In this document: positions 44,044 to 53,722 of the stretch, one piece after another
How positions within the stretch are numbered: position 1 is the first letter of the stretch
How the letters are laid out: the number at the start of each line of letters is the position of its first letter
Assembly: GCA_044374195.1 (NCBI GenBank)
Contig: JBILOY010000007.1
Coordinates: forward strand, 11,864-75,863
Direction of reading: 5' to 3'
DNA: 64,000 bases
From: Candidatus Nanopelagicales bacterium
GTDB lineage: Bacteria; Actinomycetota; Actinomycetes; S36-B12
Made by a program: the position numbers and the translations under genes
Notes under the pieces: model-generated
The model's input: only the letters and a program-made list of their open reading frames with translations
Told to the model about the DNA's origin: nothing
Databases searched by the model: none

Positions 44044-44937
44044 GTGACATCGCTGTTCATCGGCCTGGTGAGCCATGAGAAGTCGCGATTCGCCGCGAAT
44101 CAGGGGCCCGATGGCCTGACCCAGACACTCGCCGCTCGGCTTGCCGATCTGGGCGTCACGGCCTCGTGGCGGGTCAATACCGACGATGCCTACGACCCGG
44201 CCGCACTGCCCATCGACGGCTCGGCGGCCTGGGGCTCGGTCTCCGAGGAATTACGGCTCGAGAGCCGCTGGCAGCGGTATCTGGCTGCCGGTCAGCCCGA
44301 AGGGGGCGTGACCCGCCTCGGACAGGCGGGGCACATGGCCTTAAGGCGGCTTCACGCGGTCTCCCGATACTGGCGCCCTTGGCAGTCGGCAGGCCTGAGC
44401 AACTCCGACGCCCAAAAGCTGGTGCGCCGCCTCATCAATATCGAGATTTCTCACCTCACTCTCATGAGGGAGGGCCTGGCTTCAGGGTCTGACTGGGTGC
44501 TGATCATCGAGGATGACGCCTCGACCCTGGATCTCGAGGACTGCGCTCGGGGTCTTCTTGGGCTGATGAGCCTGGAGCCGAGCGAGGCTGGGTCCGCTCC
44601 CGCCTACGTGAATGTCTCCCAGTCGTTCACGAATGCTGAATTGGGTATTGAGCACCTGCTGACTCCCGTGGCAGGCGCGTCATGGGCCGGTGGTTCACCT
44701 CGAGCCCTGTTGGCCGCATCCCGACCGGTGACGAACACGGTTTGCGCGATCCTCTACCGCGCCACATTCCTGCGAGATCTCGTCGCTGAGATGGAATCAC
44801 TTCCGATGACTCCAGTCGTGCCAATCGACTGGAAGCTCAACATCGCCCTGATGAACATGTTCGAGTCGGGTTCGCTGCTTAATGGTGACTGCTGGAACGT
44901 CACGCCTGGCCCGATGGACCAGCTCTCGATGCGATAA
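44044..44937 (+). CDS. hypothetical protein, GT25-like glycosyltransferase candidate
   Basis: The start is GTG 44044, preceded by AGGAGA at 44034-39 (the track ORF begins at TTG 43996). The segment LINIEISHLTLMREGLASGSDWVLIIEDDA resembles the GT25 (...SH...ILEDD) core. Confidence 0.45.
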   Translation: MTSLFIGLVSHEKSRFAANQGPDGLTQTLAARLADLGVTASWRVNTDDAYDPAALPIDGSAAWGSVSEELRLESRWQRYLAAGQPEGGVTRLGQAGHMALRRLHAVSRYWRPWQSAGLSNSDAQKLVRRLINIEISHLTLMREGLASGSDWVLIIEDDASTLDLEDCARGLLGLMSLEPSEAGSAPAYVNVSQSFTNAELGIEHLLTPVAGASWAGGSPRALLAASRPVTNTVCAILYRATFLRDLVAEMESLPMTPVVPIDWKLNIALMNMFESGSLLNGDCWNVTPGPMDQLSMR

Positions 44938-44944
44938 TGCCGCA

Positions 44945-45709
44945 GTGAAGCGCTACGAGCAGGCCGTCGATTCCGTTGCCCGTCGCTTCGGTCTTCAGAT
45001 CTCGCGCGTGAATTCCGCCGCAATGCGCCTGCCGATCGAGGCGACTCCGGCAGATGCGGAGCTGATCTCTTCCCTTCGCCCGTTCACCATGACCAGCGCA
45101 GAGCGCCTCTGGAGCCTGATCAACGCTGTCTCCTATGTCGTCGATCAGGAACTGCCCGGTGACTTCGCGGAATGCGGAGTATGGCGCGGCGGCAGTGTGA
45201 TGGCGATGGCCAAGCAACTCGGTCGTCTCGGAGTCACGGATCGCCGCATCTGGCTTTACGACACCTTCGCCGGCATGACAGCACCGACAGACAACGACGT
45301 CGAAGCAGGTACTGGCGTCACCGCCGCCGACATGCTCTCCACTACCGCGATCGGTGATGGCAACAATGTTTGGTGCGTCGCGGGCATCGACGACGTACGC
45401 GCAAACGTTGCGTCCACCGGTTACCCAATGTCGAATTTCGAGTTCGTCGAAGGTGATGTCGCGCAGACGCTGCTCACTCGCGTGCCTGATCAGATCTCGC
45501 TGCTTCGTCTCGACACCGATTGGTACGAGTCGACGAAGATCGGTCTCGAAATCATGTATCCGCGATTGGTCGTTGGTGGTGTTTGCATCCTTGACGACTA
45601 CGGACACTGGGTAGGCGCTCGCAAGGCTGTCGACGACTACTTCGCCGGCCAGCGTCCCTACATGCACCAGATCGACTACTCCGGCCGCGTCTTCGTCAAG
45701 ACGCGCTAG
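44945..45709 (+). CDS. TylF/macrocin-O-methyltransferase family SAM methyltransferase (sugar O-methyltransferase)
   Basis: Motifs seen: PFTMTSAERLWSL, PGDFAECGVWRGGS, RLDTDWYESTKIGLEIMYPRLVVGGVCILDDYGHW. The start is GTG 44945, or ATG 44882 with a 56-nt overlap. Confidence 0.8.
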   Translation: MKRYEQAVDSVARRFGLQISRVNSAAMRLPIEATPADAELISSLRPFTMTSAERLWSLINAVSYVVDQELPGDFAECGVWRGGSVMAMAKQLGRLGVTDRRIWLYDTFAGMTAPTDNDVEAGTGVTAADMLSTTAIGDGNNVWCVAGIDDVRANVASTGYPMSNFEFVEGDVAQTLLTRVPDQISLLRLDTDWYESTKIGLEIMYPRLVVGGVCILDDYGHWVGARKAVDDYFAGQRPYMHQIDYSGRVFVKTR

Positions 45710-45719
45710 GCGAATACCG

Positions 45720-46514
45720 ATGAGCACCAGGCCGTGGCTCACGGTGATCACCGTGGTGAAGGACGCTACGGCTGACTTCACGCTGACTGCACAATCACTC
45801 GCCGCGCAGGATCTCACCGGTGTCGAGTACGTCGTCATCGACAGCTCGACTGATCGGGAAGCGATCCCTCACGCGCTGTCAGGTTTCGAAGCTCTGTCGC
45901 CTGCTGTCGTGACGTGGGTTGAACCTGCCGGTATTTATGCCGCGATGAACGCGGGGCTCTCACTCGCTACTGGCGATTACTGCTATTTCGCGAATGCGGG
46001 CGATGTGCTTTTCTCGACTGACACTCTCGCTCATGTTCGCGCTTCGCTCACCGTTAGCGGCGCATGTGTCTCGGATTGGGCCTTCGGGCCGGTTGAGATC
46101 CTTAGCCAAGACGGCACTCGAGTCATCACGCCCACCTGGGATTACGCAGCAGAGAAGAGCGCCTGCTTCAGCAACGGCCACTTCCCGTGTCATCAGGGAA
46201 CCTTCGCATCGACTTCGGTGCTTCGATCTTTCGGCGGATTCGATACCTCGTACTCGATCGTCGCTGACTACGCGAGCTTCCTGCGTCTGGCGCAAGTGAG
46301 CGACCCAATCGAACTAGATTTCGTGATCGCCACCTTTGCCGAGGGTGGTGTGTCAACTACTCAGTGGCAAGAATCCTTCCGGCAATTCCATACGGCGCGC
46401 ATGTCGATTCTTCGCCCCACCGGCTCGGTGGCGATTCGTGAGCGATGGAACACCACGAGCCAGTATGCGAAGGTCTTCCTCGTGCGAAACGTGCTGCGTC
46501 GAGGTCGCGCATGA
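45720..46514 (+). CDS. GT2 family glycosyltransferase
   Basis: 264 aa. The opening WLTVITVVKDATADFTLTAQSLAAQDLTGVEYVVIDSSTD is GT2-like. It is followed by NAGD. Confidence 0.8.
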   Translation: MSTRPWLTVITVVKDATADFTLTAQSLAAQDLTGVEYVVIDSSTDREAIPHALSGFEALSPAVVTWVEPAGIYAAMNAGLSLATGDYCYFANAGDVLFSTDTLAHVRASLTVSGACVSDWAFGPVEILSQDGTRVITPTWDYAAEKSACFSNGHFPCHQGTFASTSVLRSFGGFDTSYSIVADYASFLRLAQVSDPIELDFVIATFAEGGVSTTQWQESFRQFHTARMSILRPTGSVAIRERWNTTSQYAKVFLVRNVLRRGRA

Positions 46515-48697
46515 AGTCACTCGCTTCACGCCCCTGGCTCACGCCAGCAGCATTGCTCGTCGTCGCGATGGTGTTCCTGCTCATCACGCAGGTCACGGTG
46601 CCTCAGACTCTTCTCCTCTCACTCATCGTGTCGTGCCAGGCGCTGACCGGAGCGTTCATTTGGCGCCTAGCCCAGCGTCACCGTGCCGTCGGAATCATCG
46701 AGGCCACGGGCGTCGGTCTGGCGATCGGCACTGCAGCGGCGCTCATCTGCGGTGCGGCCCTCCGACCGGTCTCCACCTGGGCGTGGCTACTGCCATCGCT
46801 TATCGCGCTCGTGATCTGGATAGTTCGCCGTGCGCGTGGGCTGCGGTTGCCAAAGTGCGGAGCACCGAATCGCGCAGGTGTTGTTGCACTCGTGGTGGGC
46901 GGGGCGCTGGGCGCTCTCTCGCTGGCCGCCAACGTGGTCAACTATCCGCTGAGTTGGGAAGGGCTGTGGGGGAAGTATCACCCCGACATGCTGTTCTTTG
47001 AAGCAATCTCCCAGGGCATCGCGCGATTCGGAGCCGACGACAGCATCCTGATGGCCGGTGGGAACATTCGCTATCACTGGCTGACGTACGCCTGGGCTGG
47101 ACAGATAAGCGTCTCGGCTGACGCTGCGTCATTCGTGGTGCTCACTCGCGTGTTGCCGATCGTCGCGATCATCGCAACAATCACGATCGCTGTCGGCTGG
47201 GCCCAGCGCATGACCAAGGTGGCCTGGGTGCCCACGCTCGCTGCTGTGCTGCTGATCAGCGGCGGCTATGTCGGGGCAACCTACGGCACGATCCTGAACT
47301 TCGACTCGCCCTCGCAAGCGCTCAGCATGGTCTGGATGCTGGGGCTCTGCGTCGCCTTTCTTGCGTACCTGCGCGGCTCGGCACTCAGCCGAGGTGCTTC
47401 CGCCTGGCTGTTGCTCATCATCGGCGCGCTCGCCATCGCGGTATCCGGCGGCAAGATCAGCTCAGCCGCAATCGTTGCTGCAGGTATGGCTTTCACCGCG
47501 ATCCTCGGATTGCTGCGTCGCACTGCCTGGGCTCGACGCGCTGTTGTGGCGGCTGTCGTCGTCTGCATCGCATTGGCTCTCACCTACCTGATCGTGGTGG
47601 CCGGCTCGGCCGACCCGGGCGGATTGAAGATCCTTCAACTCGTTGATCGAGCCTCGAGCGTGCAGGGCTTGAACCCCAACAACAATCCATGCGGCATCGT
47701 GGTTGGCACGGTCATCATGATGCTTGCCATCGTGCCGCGCTGGGCAGGTCTTGGGTGGCTGATAACTGCTCGCAGTACTCGCTGGAATGCCTCAACAATT
47801 CTCGGCATGGGCTTGGCGATTGCCGGCCTCGCGACTGTCGTGCTGATCAGCGGTGGCCTCAATGACACCTGGTTTGCTCTCGCCGCGTCAGCGCCGCTTG
47901 CCGTGCTATCTGCAGTGGGCGTTGGTCGAGCAGTCACGACAGTATCACCGCGTTCAATCGATCGACCGGCACCAATCATCTGGCTTGGAGCGCTGCTCGG
48001 GCTGATTCTCGCTGTGGTAGCCACGGGATTGTGGGCGACTGGTGGCGGTTCGCTCCGCTGGCTTGGCCCGGTAGTCGGGCTGCTTGGTGCCGTGGCTATC
48101 GGATCGCTACTTGCTCGTTCGCATTCACTGGCTGGAAGCTCACGTGCTCGAGTACTCGCAATGTCAATACTCGTTCTGGTTTGTCTCTCCGCGCCGACCC
48201 GAGCGCTCGGGGTCGTTTCTACGTCATTCGGAACGCTCCCTGAATTTGGATTGCGGTCAGATGCCTTCACGCCACTGACTCGCTTCGTCGAAAACATCGA
48301 TCGCATCGTCGTGCGCGAGTGGTCGTCGGATGACCAGGCAGCGGCAGACTGGGTCCTGACTCACGCATCAGCTGACGACATAATCGCGACGAATGTGGTG
48401 TTCAGTCCGCTAGTTCCGGCGCTGACGCGCCATCGCATGATGATTGCGGGTCTGCTCTACCAAGCACCCTACGGAACGACTTCGCAGTTACCCACTGTGC
48501 TTGATCGTGAGAAGGCGTCGCTGGCGTTCGTCAATACTCCGTCTGCAACGTCGCTGGCGCCACTGTGTGCTGCCGGCGCGTCATGGGTCTGGGTAGCGAA
48601 TGCGCGCGCTGAAGTGCGCGAATGGTCACCGTGGGCCGAAGTGGCCTACGCGAATGACGCGGTCACGATCCTGCGCGTGGCGACCGACCGCTGCTGA
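46511..48697 (+). CDS. large polytopic integral membrane protein with C-terminal soluble domain (GT-C-like; paralog of 26673..28814)
   Basis: The track ORF 46445 is trimmed to ATG 46511, giving an ATGA overlap with the GT2 stop. It has more than 14 hydrophobic segments. The YHWL loop motif and C-terminal domain are shared with 26673..28814. Confidence 0.7.
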   Translation: MKSLASRPWLTPAALLVVAMVFLLITQVTVPQTLLLSLIVSCQALTGAFIWRLAQRHRAVGIIEATGVGLAIGTAAALICGAALRPVSTWAWLLPSLIALVIWIVRRARGLRLPKCGAPNRAGVVALVVGGALGALSLAANVVNYPLSWEGLWGKYHPDMLFFEAISQGIARFGADDSILMAGGNIRYHWLTYAWAGQISVSADAASFVVLTRVLPIVAIIATITIAVGWAQRMTKVAWVPTLAAVLLISGGYVGATYGTILNFDSPSQALSMVWMLGLCVAFLAYLRGSALSRGASAWLLLIIGALAIAVSGGKISSAAIVAAGMAFTAILGLLRRTAWARRAVVAAVVVCIALALTYLIVVAGSADPGGLKILQLVDRASSVQGLNPNNNPCGIVVGTVIMMLAIVPRWAGLGWLITARSTRWNASTILGMGLAIAGLATVVLISGGLNDTWFALAASAPLAVLSAVGVGRAVTTVSPRSIDRPAPIIWLGALLGLILAVVATGLWATGGGSLRWLGPVVGLLGAVAIGSLLARSHSLAGSSRARVLAMSILVLVCLSAPTRALGVVSTSFGTLPEFGLRSDAFTPLTRFVENIDRIVVREWSSDDQAAADWVLTHASADDIIATNVVFSPLVPALTRHRMMIAGLLYQAPYGTTSQLPTVLDREKASLAFVNTPSATSLAPLCAAGASWVWVANARAEVREWSPWAEVAYANDAVTILRVATDRC

Positions 48698-49475
48698 TCT
48701 TTCGTGCTCGCCGACTGACCTCGTCGGCGGCGAGCCGCGTCGCGATACGAACCGGCCCTTCCCACATCCATGCGCACTTGCGCGCGAATGGGCTGAGAGC
48801 GCGACGACGCGCTCTCTCTGACTCCTGAAGCGATTGCGTTCGGTCACCGACAGTGAGCGAATCCGCGTGCCAGCGGAAACTAGAGACGACCTCGCCCACG
48901 TCGACGAAGCGACCGAGAGGCTGGAGCTTCAGCAGGAGATCGAGATCAAAGGCGAACTTCAGTGAGTCGTCGACACCACCAACGGCGCTCCACGCCGTAG
49001 CCCGCACGAGCATGCCCGGCTGCGGGATGAGATCAGGGCCCCACTTGAGGATTCGGGGCGCCCAGGGGCCGGCCTTGCTGATCCAGAGCTCTTGTCCGTT
49101 GCCATCGATGTAGCGGCACGCGCCGAAGGCGAGAACGGCAGTCGGATCCGCCTCTAGGGCAGCGACTGTTCGCGCCAGCGATCCTGGCTCCAGCAGGTCG
49201 TCGTCACCGAGCCAGTTCACGTAGGTGCAGGCCGGCTGCTGAGCCAGACCATGGCTCGCGCCGGCATTGACGGCCGACGGCAGGCTGCCTGGATCCGCAA
49301 CTACCTGGGCACCATGTCGGGCGGCGAGCTCCTGCACATGGGGGTTATCGAGCGGCGCCACGAGGACGATGCTGACCGGCAGGCCCTGCTGTTCGATCGA
49401 GGAGATTGACTGCTCGAGGTACTCGGGGCGACGACCCAGAGTGGGGATCACCATCAGCACTCGGGGATCCGTCAT
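48663..49475 (-). CDS. GT2 family glycosyltransferase
   Basis: 270 aa. The opening VLMVIPTLGRRPEYLEQSISSIEQQGLPVSIVLV is GT2-like, and a GDDD acidic motif is present. There is a 35-nt 3' overlap with the convergent membrane gene. Confidence 0.8.
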   Translation of the reverse strand: MTDPRVLMVIPTLGRRPEYLEQSISSIEQQGLPVSIVLVAPLDNPHVQELAARHGAQVVADPGSLPSAVNAGASHGLAQQPACTYVNWLGDDDLLEPGSLARTVAALEADPTAVLAFGACRYIDGNGQELWISKAGPWAPRILKWGPDLIPQPGMLVRATAWSAVGGVDDSLKFAFDLDLLLKLQPLGRFVDVGEVVSSFRWHADSLTVGDRTQSLQESERARRRALSPFARKCAWMWEGPVRIATRLAADEVSRRARKISSGRSPRAGS

Positions 49476-49514
49476 GACGTCGATATCCTAAGGCTTTCGT
49501 GACGAGGAGACGGT

Positions 49515-50822
49515 GTGAGCGGTTCTGACATGGCCGAGGGCCGGTTCATGCACGACCTGGCGACTCGTCTCTTCCCGATATGCCGCAGCCTCACGGGCAA
49601 TGGTGTTCGCGAGACCTTCGCGATCTTGCAGGAGGTTCTTCCGGGTCTGCAGCTGCACGAGGTGCCCAGCGGCACCCAGGTCTTCGACTGGCAGGTGCCC
49701 GACGAGTGGAACATTCGAGGGGCTTACCTCGAGGGGCCTGACGGATCACGAGTGATCGACTTCGCTGACTCGAATATTCACGTCGTGGGCTACTCGGTGC
49801 CCGTCGACACGGTGCTGCCTCTGTCCGAGCTGCAGAACCACCTCCACTCGACGCCCGAACTGCCCGAGGCAATTCCCTACGTGACGAGTTATTACAACCG
49901 CACCTGGGGCTTCTGCCTTCCGCACGCACTGCGCGAGCGCCTGCCCGGGGGTGAGTACCGAGCTGTTATCGACGCAACCCTGGAACCGGGTTCCTTGACC
50001 TACGGCGAATTGGTGATTCCCGGCGAATCGACCGAGGAAGTCTTCATCACGACCTACATCTGCCACCCTTCGCTGGCGAACAATGAGCTCTCCGGCCCGA
50101 TGGTTTCCACGGCACTCGCGCTCTGGCTGATGTCACTCCCGCGCCGCCGCTATACCTACCGTTTCGTGTTCGCACCCGAGACCATCGGCGCTATCACCTA
50201 CGCGAGCCTTCACCTCGATGCCCTGCGCTCATCCACCGTGGCAGCCTTCAACCTGACCTGCATCGGTGACGAAGGTGACTACTCGTACCTTGCTTCGCGC
50301 CTGGGAAATCTTGAGATCGATCGCATCGCACGTCACGTGTTGTCAACACGTTCGCCCGCGGTCGAATACTCCTATCTTGATCGCGGAAGCGACGAGCGTC
50401 AGTACGGCATGCCAGGCATTGATCTACCCATGATCTCCCTGATGCGCACCAAGTACGGCGCGTATCCCGAGTACCACACATCATTCGACGACCTGACCGT
50501 CGTCACTCCCGCTGGGCTGCAGGGTGGTCTCGATCTCGTGCGTGAATGCATCGAGGTTCTCGAGGTTAACGACTACTACGAGACAACGGTGCTGGGCGAG
50601 CCGCAGTTGGGTCGTCGCGGCCTCTATCACGCGATTCATGCACGTACCGTGGCTGACATCATCCTGCTGCGCACCAACGTGCTCGCCTATGCCGACGGCC
50701 ACCATTCAGTTCTCGACATGGCAGAAATGTTTGACTTGCCCGTCAACGTGGTATGTGAGGTCGTACAAGAACTCGTCGAGCACGATCTGCTCGTGAAGCT
50801 GCCCGGAAAGAAGGACTCCTGA
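49515..50822 (+). CDS. DUF4910/DUF2172 aminopeptidase-like (M28-like) protein with C-terminal winged-helix
   Basis: 435 aa. GAGGAG lies 5 nt upstream of GTG 49515. LFPICRSLTGNGVRETFAILQE...HEVPSGTQVFDWQVPDEWNI matches the remembered DUF4910 family opening. This family is often found in O-antigen and capsule loci. Confidence 0.65.
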   Translation: MSGSDMAEGRFMHDLATRLFPICRSLTGNGVRETFAILQEVLPGLQLHEVPSGTQVFDWQVPDEWNIRGAYLEGPDGSRVIDFADSNIHVVGYSVPVDTVLPLSELQNHLHSTPELPEAIPYVTSYYNRTWGFCLPHALRERLPGGEYRAVIDATLEPGSLTYGELVIPGESTEEVFITTYICHPSLANNELSGPMVSTALALWLMSLPRRRYTYRFVFAPETIGAITYASLHLDALRSSTVAAFNLTCIGDEGDYSYLASRLGNLEIDRIARHVLSTRSPAVEYSYLDRGSDERQYGMPGIDLPMISLMRTKYGAYPEYHTSFDDLTVVTPAGLQGGLDLVRECIEVLEVNDYYETTVLGEPQLGRRGLYHAIHARTVADIILLRTNVLAYADGHHSVLDMAEMFDLPVNVVCEVVQELVEHDLLVKLPGKKDS

Positions 50823-51703
50823 TGTCGGTTGCCTCCCATTACGACGGCAGCGCCTCCAGTTACGGCGACCAGTACGACCCTGAGAAGCTCTGGACCAATG
50901 CCGAGTACCCGGCCAACTTCTTCCGTCTTCAGTTGGTGCAACGCCTCCTTGCTGAGGCCGGGTCGACCTCGGTATACGAACTCGGCGCAGGAGATGCCTC
51001 GCCCCTGTCAACCATCGGCGCCACCGGCATTCGAGTCGCCGGAAATGACGTTTCACCGGAGATGGTCAAGATCGCTCGTGCCAACATGGAGGCCAAGGGA
51101 CTCGACGGATCCCTCATCACGCTCCTCGATGTCGAGAACCCCGAAGCGGTGCGTGCCGAGCACGAGCTACGCGGCGAATTCGATGCGGTCATGGCTCTGG
51201 GGGTCATTCCGCACGTCAGCGACGACGCTGCCTTCGTGAAGGCCATGGATGACTTCCTTCGCCCCGGTGGCCAACTGCTGCTGCAGTTCCGAAACTCGAT
51301 GTTCTCGATGTTCACCTTCAACCGTCTGACCAAGGAGTTCATCCTCGACGAATTGCTCGTCGACGTCTCTCAGGAAATCCGCGATGTTGTCGCCGCTGAC
51401 CTCGACGCACGCCTCGCTGTCGACAAGCCGCCAAAGCGCACCCGACCCACCGGCGATGGATACGACGAGATCCTCTCCCGCTTCCATAATCCCTTCGAAC
51501 TTGCCGAGGTCGTCAAGGCTGCGGGTTACTCCGATATTCGCTTCCACTGGTACAACTACCACCCCGCGTATCCAATGCTGGCGGGCAACATCGATGCCCG
51601 CGCGTACCGCGAAGCGCAGGTCGCTTTGGAGCATGAGGGCACCTGGCGCGGCATGTTCCTGTGCTCGGCAGGCCTGATCGAAGCCACGAAGAAGCCCGCC
51701 TGA
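50822..51703 (+). CDS. class I SAM-dependent methyltransferase
   Basis: 293 aa. ATGA-type coupling to the upstream gene. Motif I is VYELGAGDASPL, followed by the acidic GNDVSPEMV. Confidence 0.75.
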   Translation: MSVASHYDGSASSYGDQYDPEKLWTNAEYPANFFRLQLVQRLLAEAGSTSVYELGAGDASPLSTIGATGIRVAGNDVSPEMVKIARANMEAKGLDGSLITLLDVENPEAVRAEHELRGEFDAVMALGVIPHVSDDAAFVKAMDDFLRPGGQLLLQFRNSMFSMFTFNRLTKEFILDELLVDVSQEIRDVVAADLDARLAVDKPPKRTRPTGDGYDEILSRFHNPFELAEVVKAAGYSDIRFHWYNYHPAYPMLAGNIDARAYREAQVALEHEGTWRGMFLCSAGLIEATKKPA

Positions 51704-51705
51704 GC

Positions 51706-52623
51706 ATGGCTACTCTCGCGCTGCTCCTGAAGTCGTACTCGGGCGACTTCGCATATGCGCAGCGTCTGGTTGCCAGCTTTCAGAAGCACAACACCGAGGG
51801 CCTGACTCTCTATGTCGTCATTCCCGAGAGTGACCTGGTGCAATTCCGTGCACTCGTCGGATCCAACATCGAGCTCGTCAGCGAGAGCCTTCTTGGCCAG
51901 TACCTGACAGATGTGCCGGTGCACGGCATGCGTCCGGGATACATCAACCAGGAGATCATCAAGCTCGCGTTCTGGGAACTCGGCTTTGCCGAGAACTACT
52001 TCTGCGTGGATTCTGATGCCGAGTTCATTCGTGACTTCGGCTTCGCCGACTTCATGGTGAACGACACCACTCCGTACACGGTCCTCGTCGAGGACAAGGA
52101 GCTGCTCGTGGAGCCCAGGTACTACGAGCAGTACTGGAAGACTCGGGAGACGGAAATCCGAAAGATCCAGCAACTGGTCGGACTTGATGCCCGGGTGATC
52201 CGCACCTGCCACGGCCACCAGGTGTTCTCCGCCACGGTGCTTCGCTCATTCAAGGAGAAGTTCCTCAATCCGCGTGGCTGGACATATGTCGACGTGCTCG
52301 CGGAATCCCCGTACGAGTTCACCTGGTACAACATGTGGTTGCAGAAGGATCACTCCATCGAGATCCATGCCCGCGAGCCCTTCGTGAAAGTCTTCCATCA
52401 CGAGGGTCACCACCTCGAGTACATCCTTCGAGGAGTCAGCCAGGCCGACATCGCCCGGGGCTACCTGGCTGTCGTCGTGAACTCCAACTACTCGCGCGAC
52501 CTTGGGGTGGTGGATTCCTCGGCGAGCAAGCCGGAGTCCCTGAGCCGCTACCTCTCCTACGGGGAGGTGGGCCAGCTGCTGGCCTCAAAGTTCAAGGACA
52601 CTTTCCGACGCCGCCTGAGCTGA
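51706..52623 (+). CDS. hypothetical protein, DUF6492-like nucleotide-diphospho-sugar transferase candidate
   Basis: The track ORF 51661 is trimmed to ATG 51706, 2 nt after the upstream stop. LLLKSYSGDFAYAQRLVASFQKHN and CVDSDAEF (DxD-like) resemble my recollection of DUF6492. Confidence 0.5.
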   Translation: MATLALLLKSYSGDFAYAQRLVASFQKHNTEGLTLYVVIPESDLVQFRALVGSNIELVSESLLGQYLTDVPVHGMRPGYINQEIIKLAFWELGFAENYFCVDSDAEFIRDFGFADFMVNDTTPYTVLVEDKELLVEPRYYEQYWKTRETEIRKIQQLVGLDARVIRTCHGHQVFSATVLRSFKEKFLNPRGWTYVDVLAESPYEFTWYNMWLQKDHSIEIHAREPFVKVFHHEGHHLEYILRGVSQADIARGYLAVVVNSNYSRDLGVVDSSASKPESLSRYLSYGEVGQLLASKFKDTFRRRLS

Positions 52624-52669
52624 GGCCAGCCAGTAGGCTTGGGCAGAGTCAGATGCGATCGGAGTTGTC

Positions 52670-53686
52670 ATGAGCGAGCTCGTCGAGAACGTGCTCCGTT
52701 ATCCGCGATTGATGCGCACCGTACGTGATGCGCGCGCCTTCGAATCCGCCCATCCGATCCCTGCTTCAACCGACGGCCAGGCCCAATTCCGGATGCGGTC
52801 GGCCATGGACGTCAATCCGCGCATCGGCAAGTGGATCTCGAAAAAGGCCATCCACCAAGAGGCTCCAGACGCCTGGACTATCTCCGACGTCAACACCAGC
52901 CGCTTCGTCGATCCTGCCGAAATCGACACTGCAGTTGCGGGAATCCGCAAGAACGGTTTCTACGTCTTCAAGCAGGTCGTCGACTCATCTCTGGTTACCG
53001 CAATTCGCGACTACGCGGAGCAGGCGCCCTGCCAGGCGCGCGGATTCGAGACTCCACAGGGCGCCTACCCGCGTAGCGCACCGGAAGCCGGGCGGTATGA
53101 CTTCGACGAAGAAGTCTCCCTCCGCTGCCCCGAAGTTCAAGAGTTCGTCTCCGACCCAGGCATGGCGCTCGTGGCGCAGAAGTATCTGGAACAGCCCGTT
53201 TTGATGGATGAAGTGGCCTTCTGGTGGACCACCACCCAGCACTCGGAGATGGCCAACCTCAATGCCCAGCTCTTCCATCAGGATCGAGATCGACTCTCAT
53301 TCCTCAAGTTCTTCATTTACCTCACCGACGTCAACCCCGAGACCGGGCCGCACGTCTACCTGAGCGGATCTCACCGCGATATCCCGCCATCGCTGCGCGG
53401 CGACGGTCGCAAGGATGACGACGCTGTGCGCGCCGCTGGGCTCTGGGGGAATGTCTCGGAGATCAACGGCCCTGCCGGATCACTCATGGCGGTCGACACC
53501 ATTGGCCTACACAAAGGCAAGACACCGATTGCAAGTGACCGTCTCGCCCTTGAGATCGAATTCGCGACCTCGCTTTTCGGGGCTCACTACGAGCGACCTC
53601 TGCTTGAGCCCACATCGCTCATGCGCGAACGCTTTGCGCAGATGCCCTGGGTGCTCCAGCGTTACGCAGGTTCTATCTCTTCGTGA
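52670..53686 (+). CDS. PhyH-family Fe(II)/2-oxoglutarate dioxygenase
   Basis: 338 aa. GGAG lies 6 nt upstream of the ATG. The HxD facial-triad motif is FHQDRD, followed by a distal His in LSGSHRD. The fold pattern is typical of phytanoyl-CoA dioxygenase-like hydroxylases. Confidence 0.65.
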   Translation: MSELVENVLRYPRLMRTVRDARAFESAHPIPASTDGQAQFRMRSAMDVNPRIGKWISKKAIHQEAPDAWTISDVNTSRFVDPAEIDTAVAGIRKNGFYVFKQVVDSSLVTAIRDYAEQAPCQARGFETPQGAYPRSAPEAGRYDFDEEVSLRCPEVQEFVSDPGMALVAQKYLEQPVLMDEVAFWWTTTQHSEMANLNAQLFHQDRDRLSFLKFFIYLTDVNPETGPHVYLSGSHRDIPPSLRGDGRKDDDAVRAAGLWGNVSEINGPAGSLMAVDTIGLHKGKTPIASDRLALEIEFATSLFGAHYERPLLEPTSLMRERFAQMPWVLQRYAGSISS

Positions 53687-53722
53687 GCGGGGCGAGGTGC
53701 TTCACACCCGAGCGGTACCTGT

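Noticed and set aside
44900-45838. 312-aa minus-strand ORF
   Set aside because: It is antisense to the well-supported TylF methyltransferase and GT2 genes. Its composition is Arg/Ala/Asp/Val-rich, typical of a shadow ORF in high-GC DNA, and it has no recognisable motifs.
46336-47001. 221-aa plus-strand alternative-frame ORF, plus similar out-of-frame ORFs (10487..11179, 21034..21684, 47635..48306, 61017..61613)
   Set aside because: These are Arg/Ser/Pro-rich translations lying inside or opposite ORFs with coherent TM-helix or enzyme motifs. They are typical frame artefacts of GC-rich DNA.
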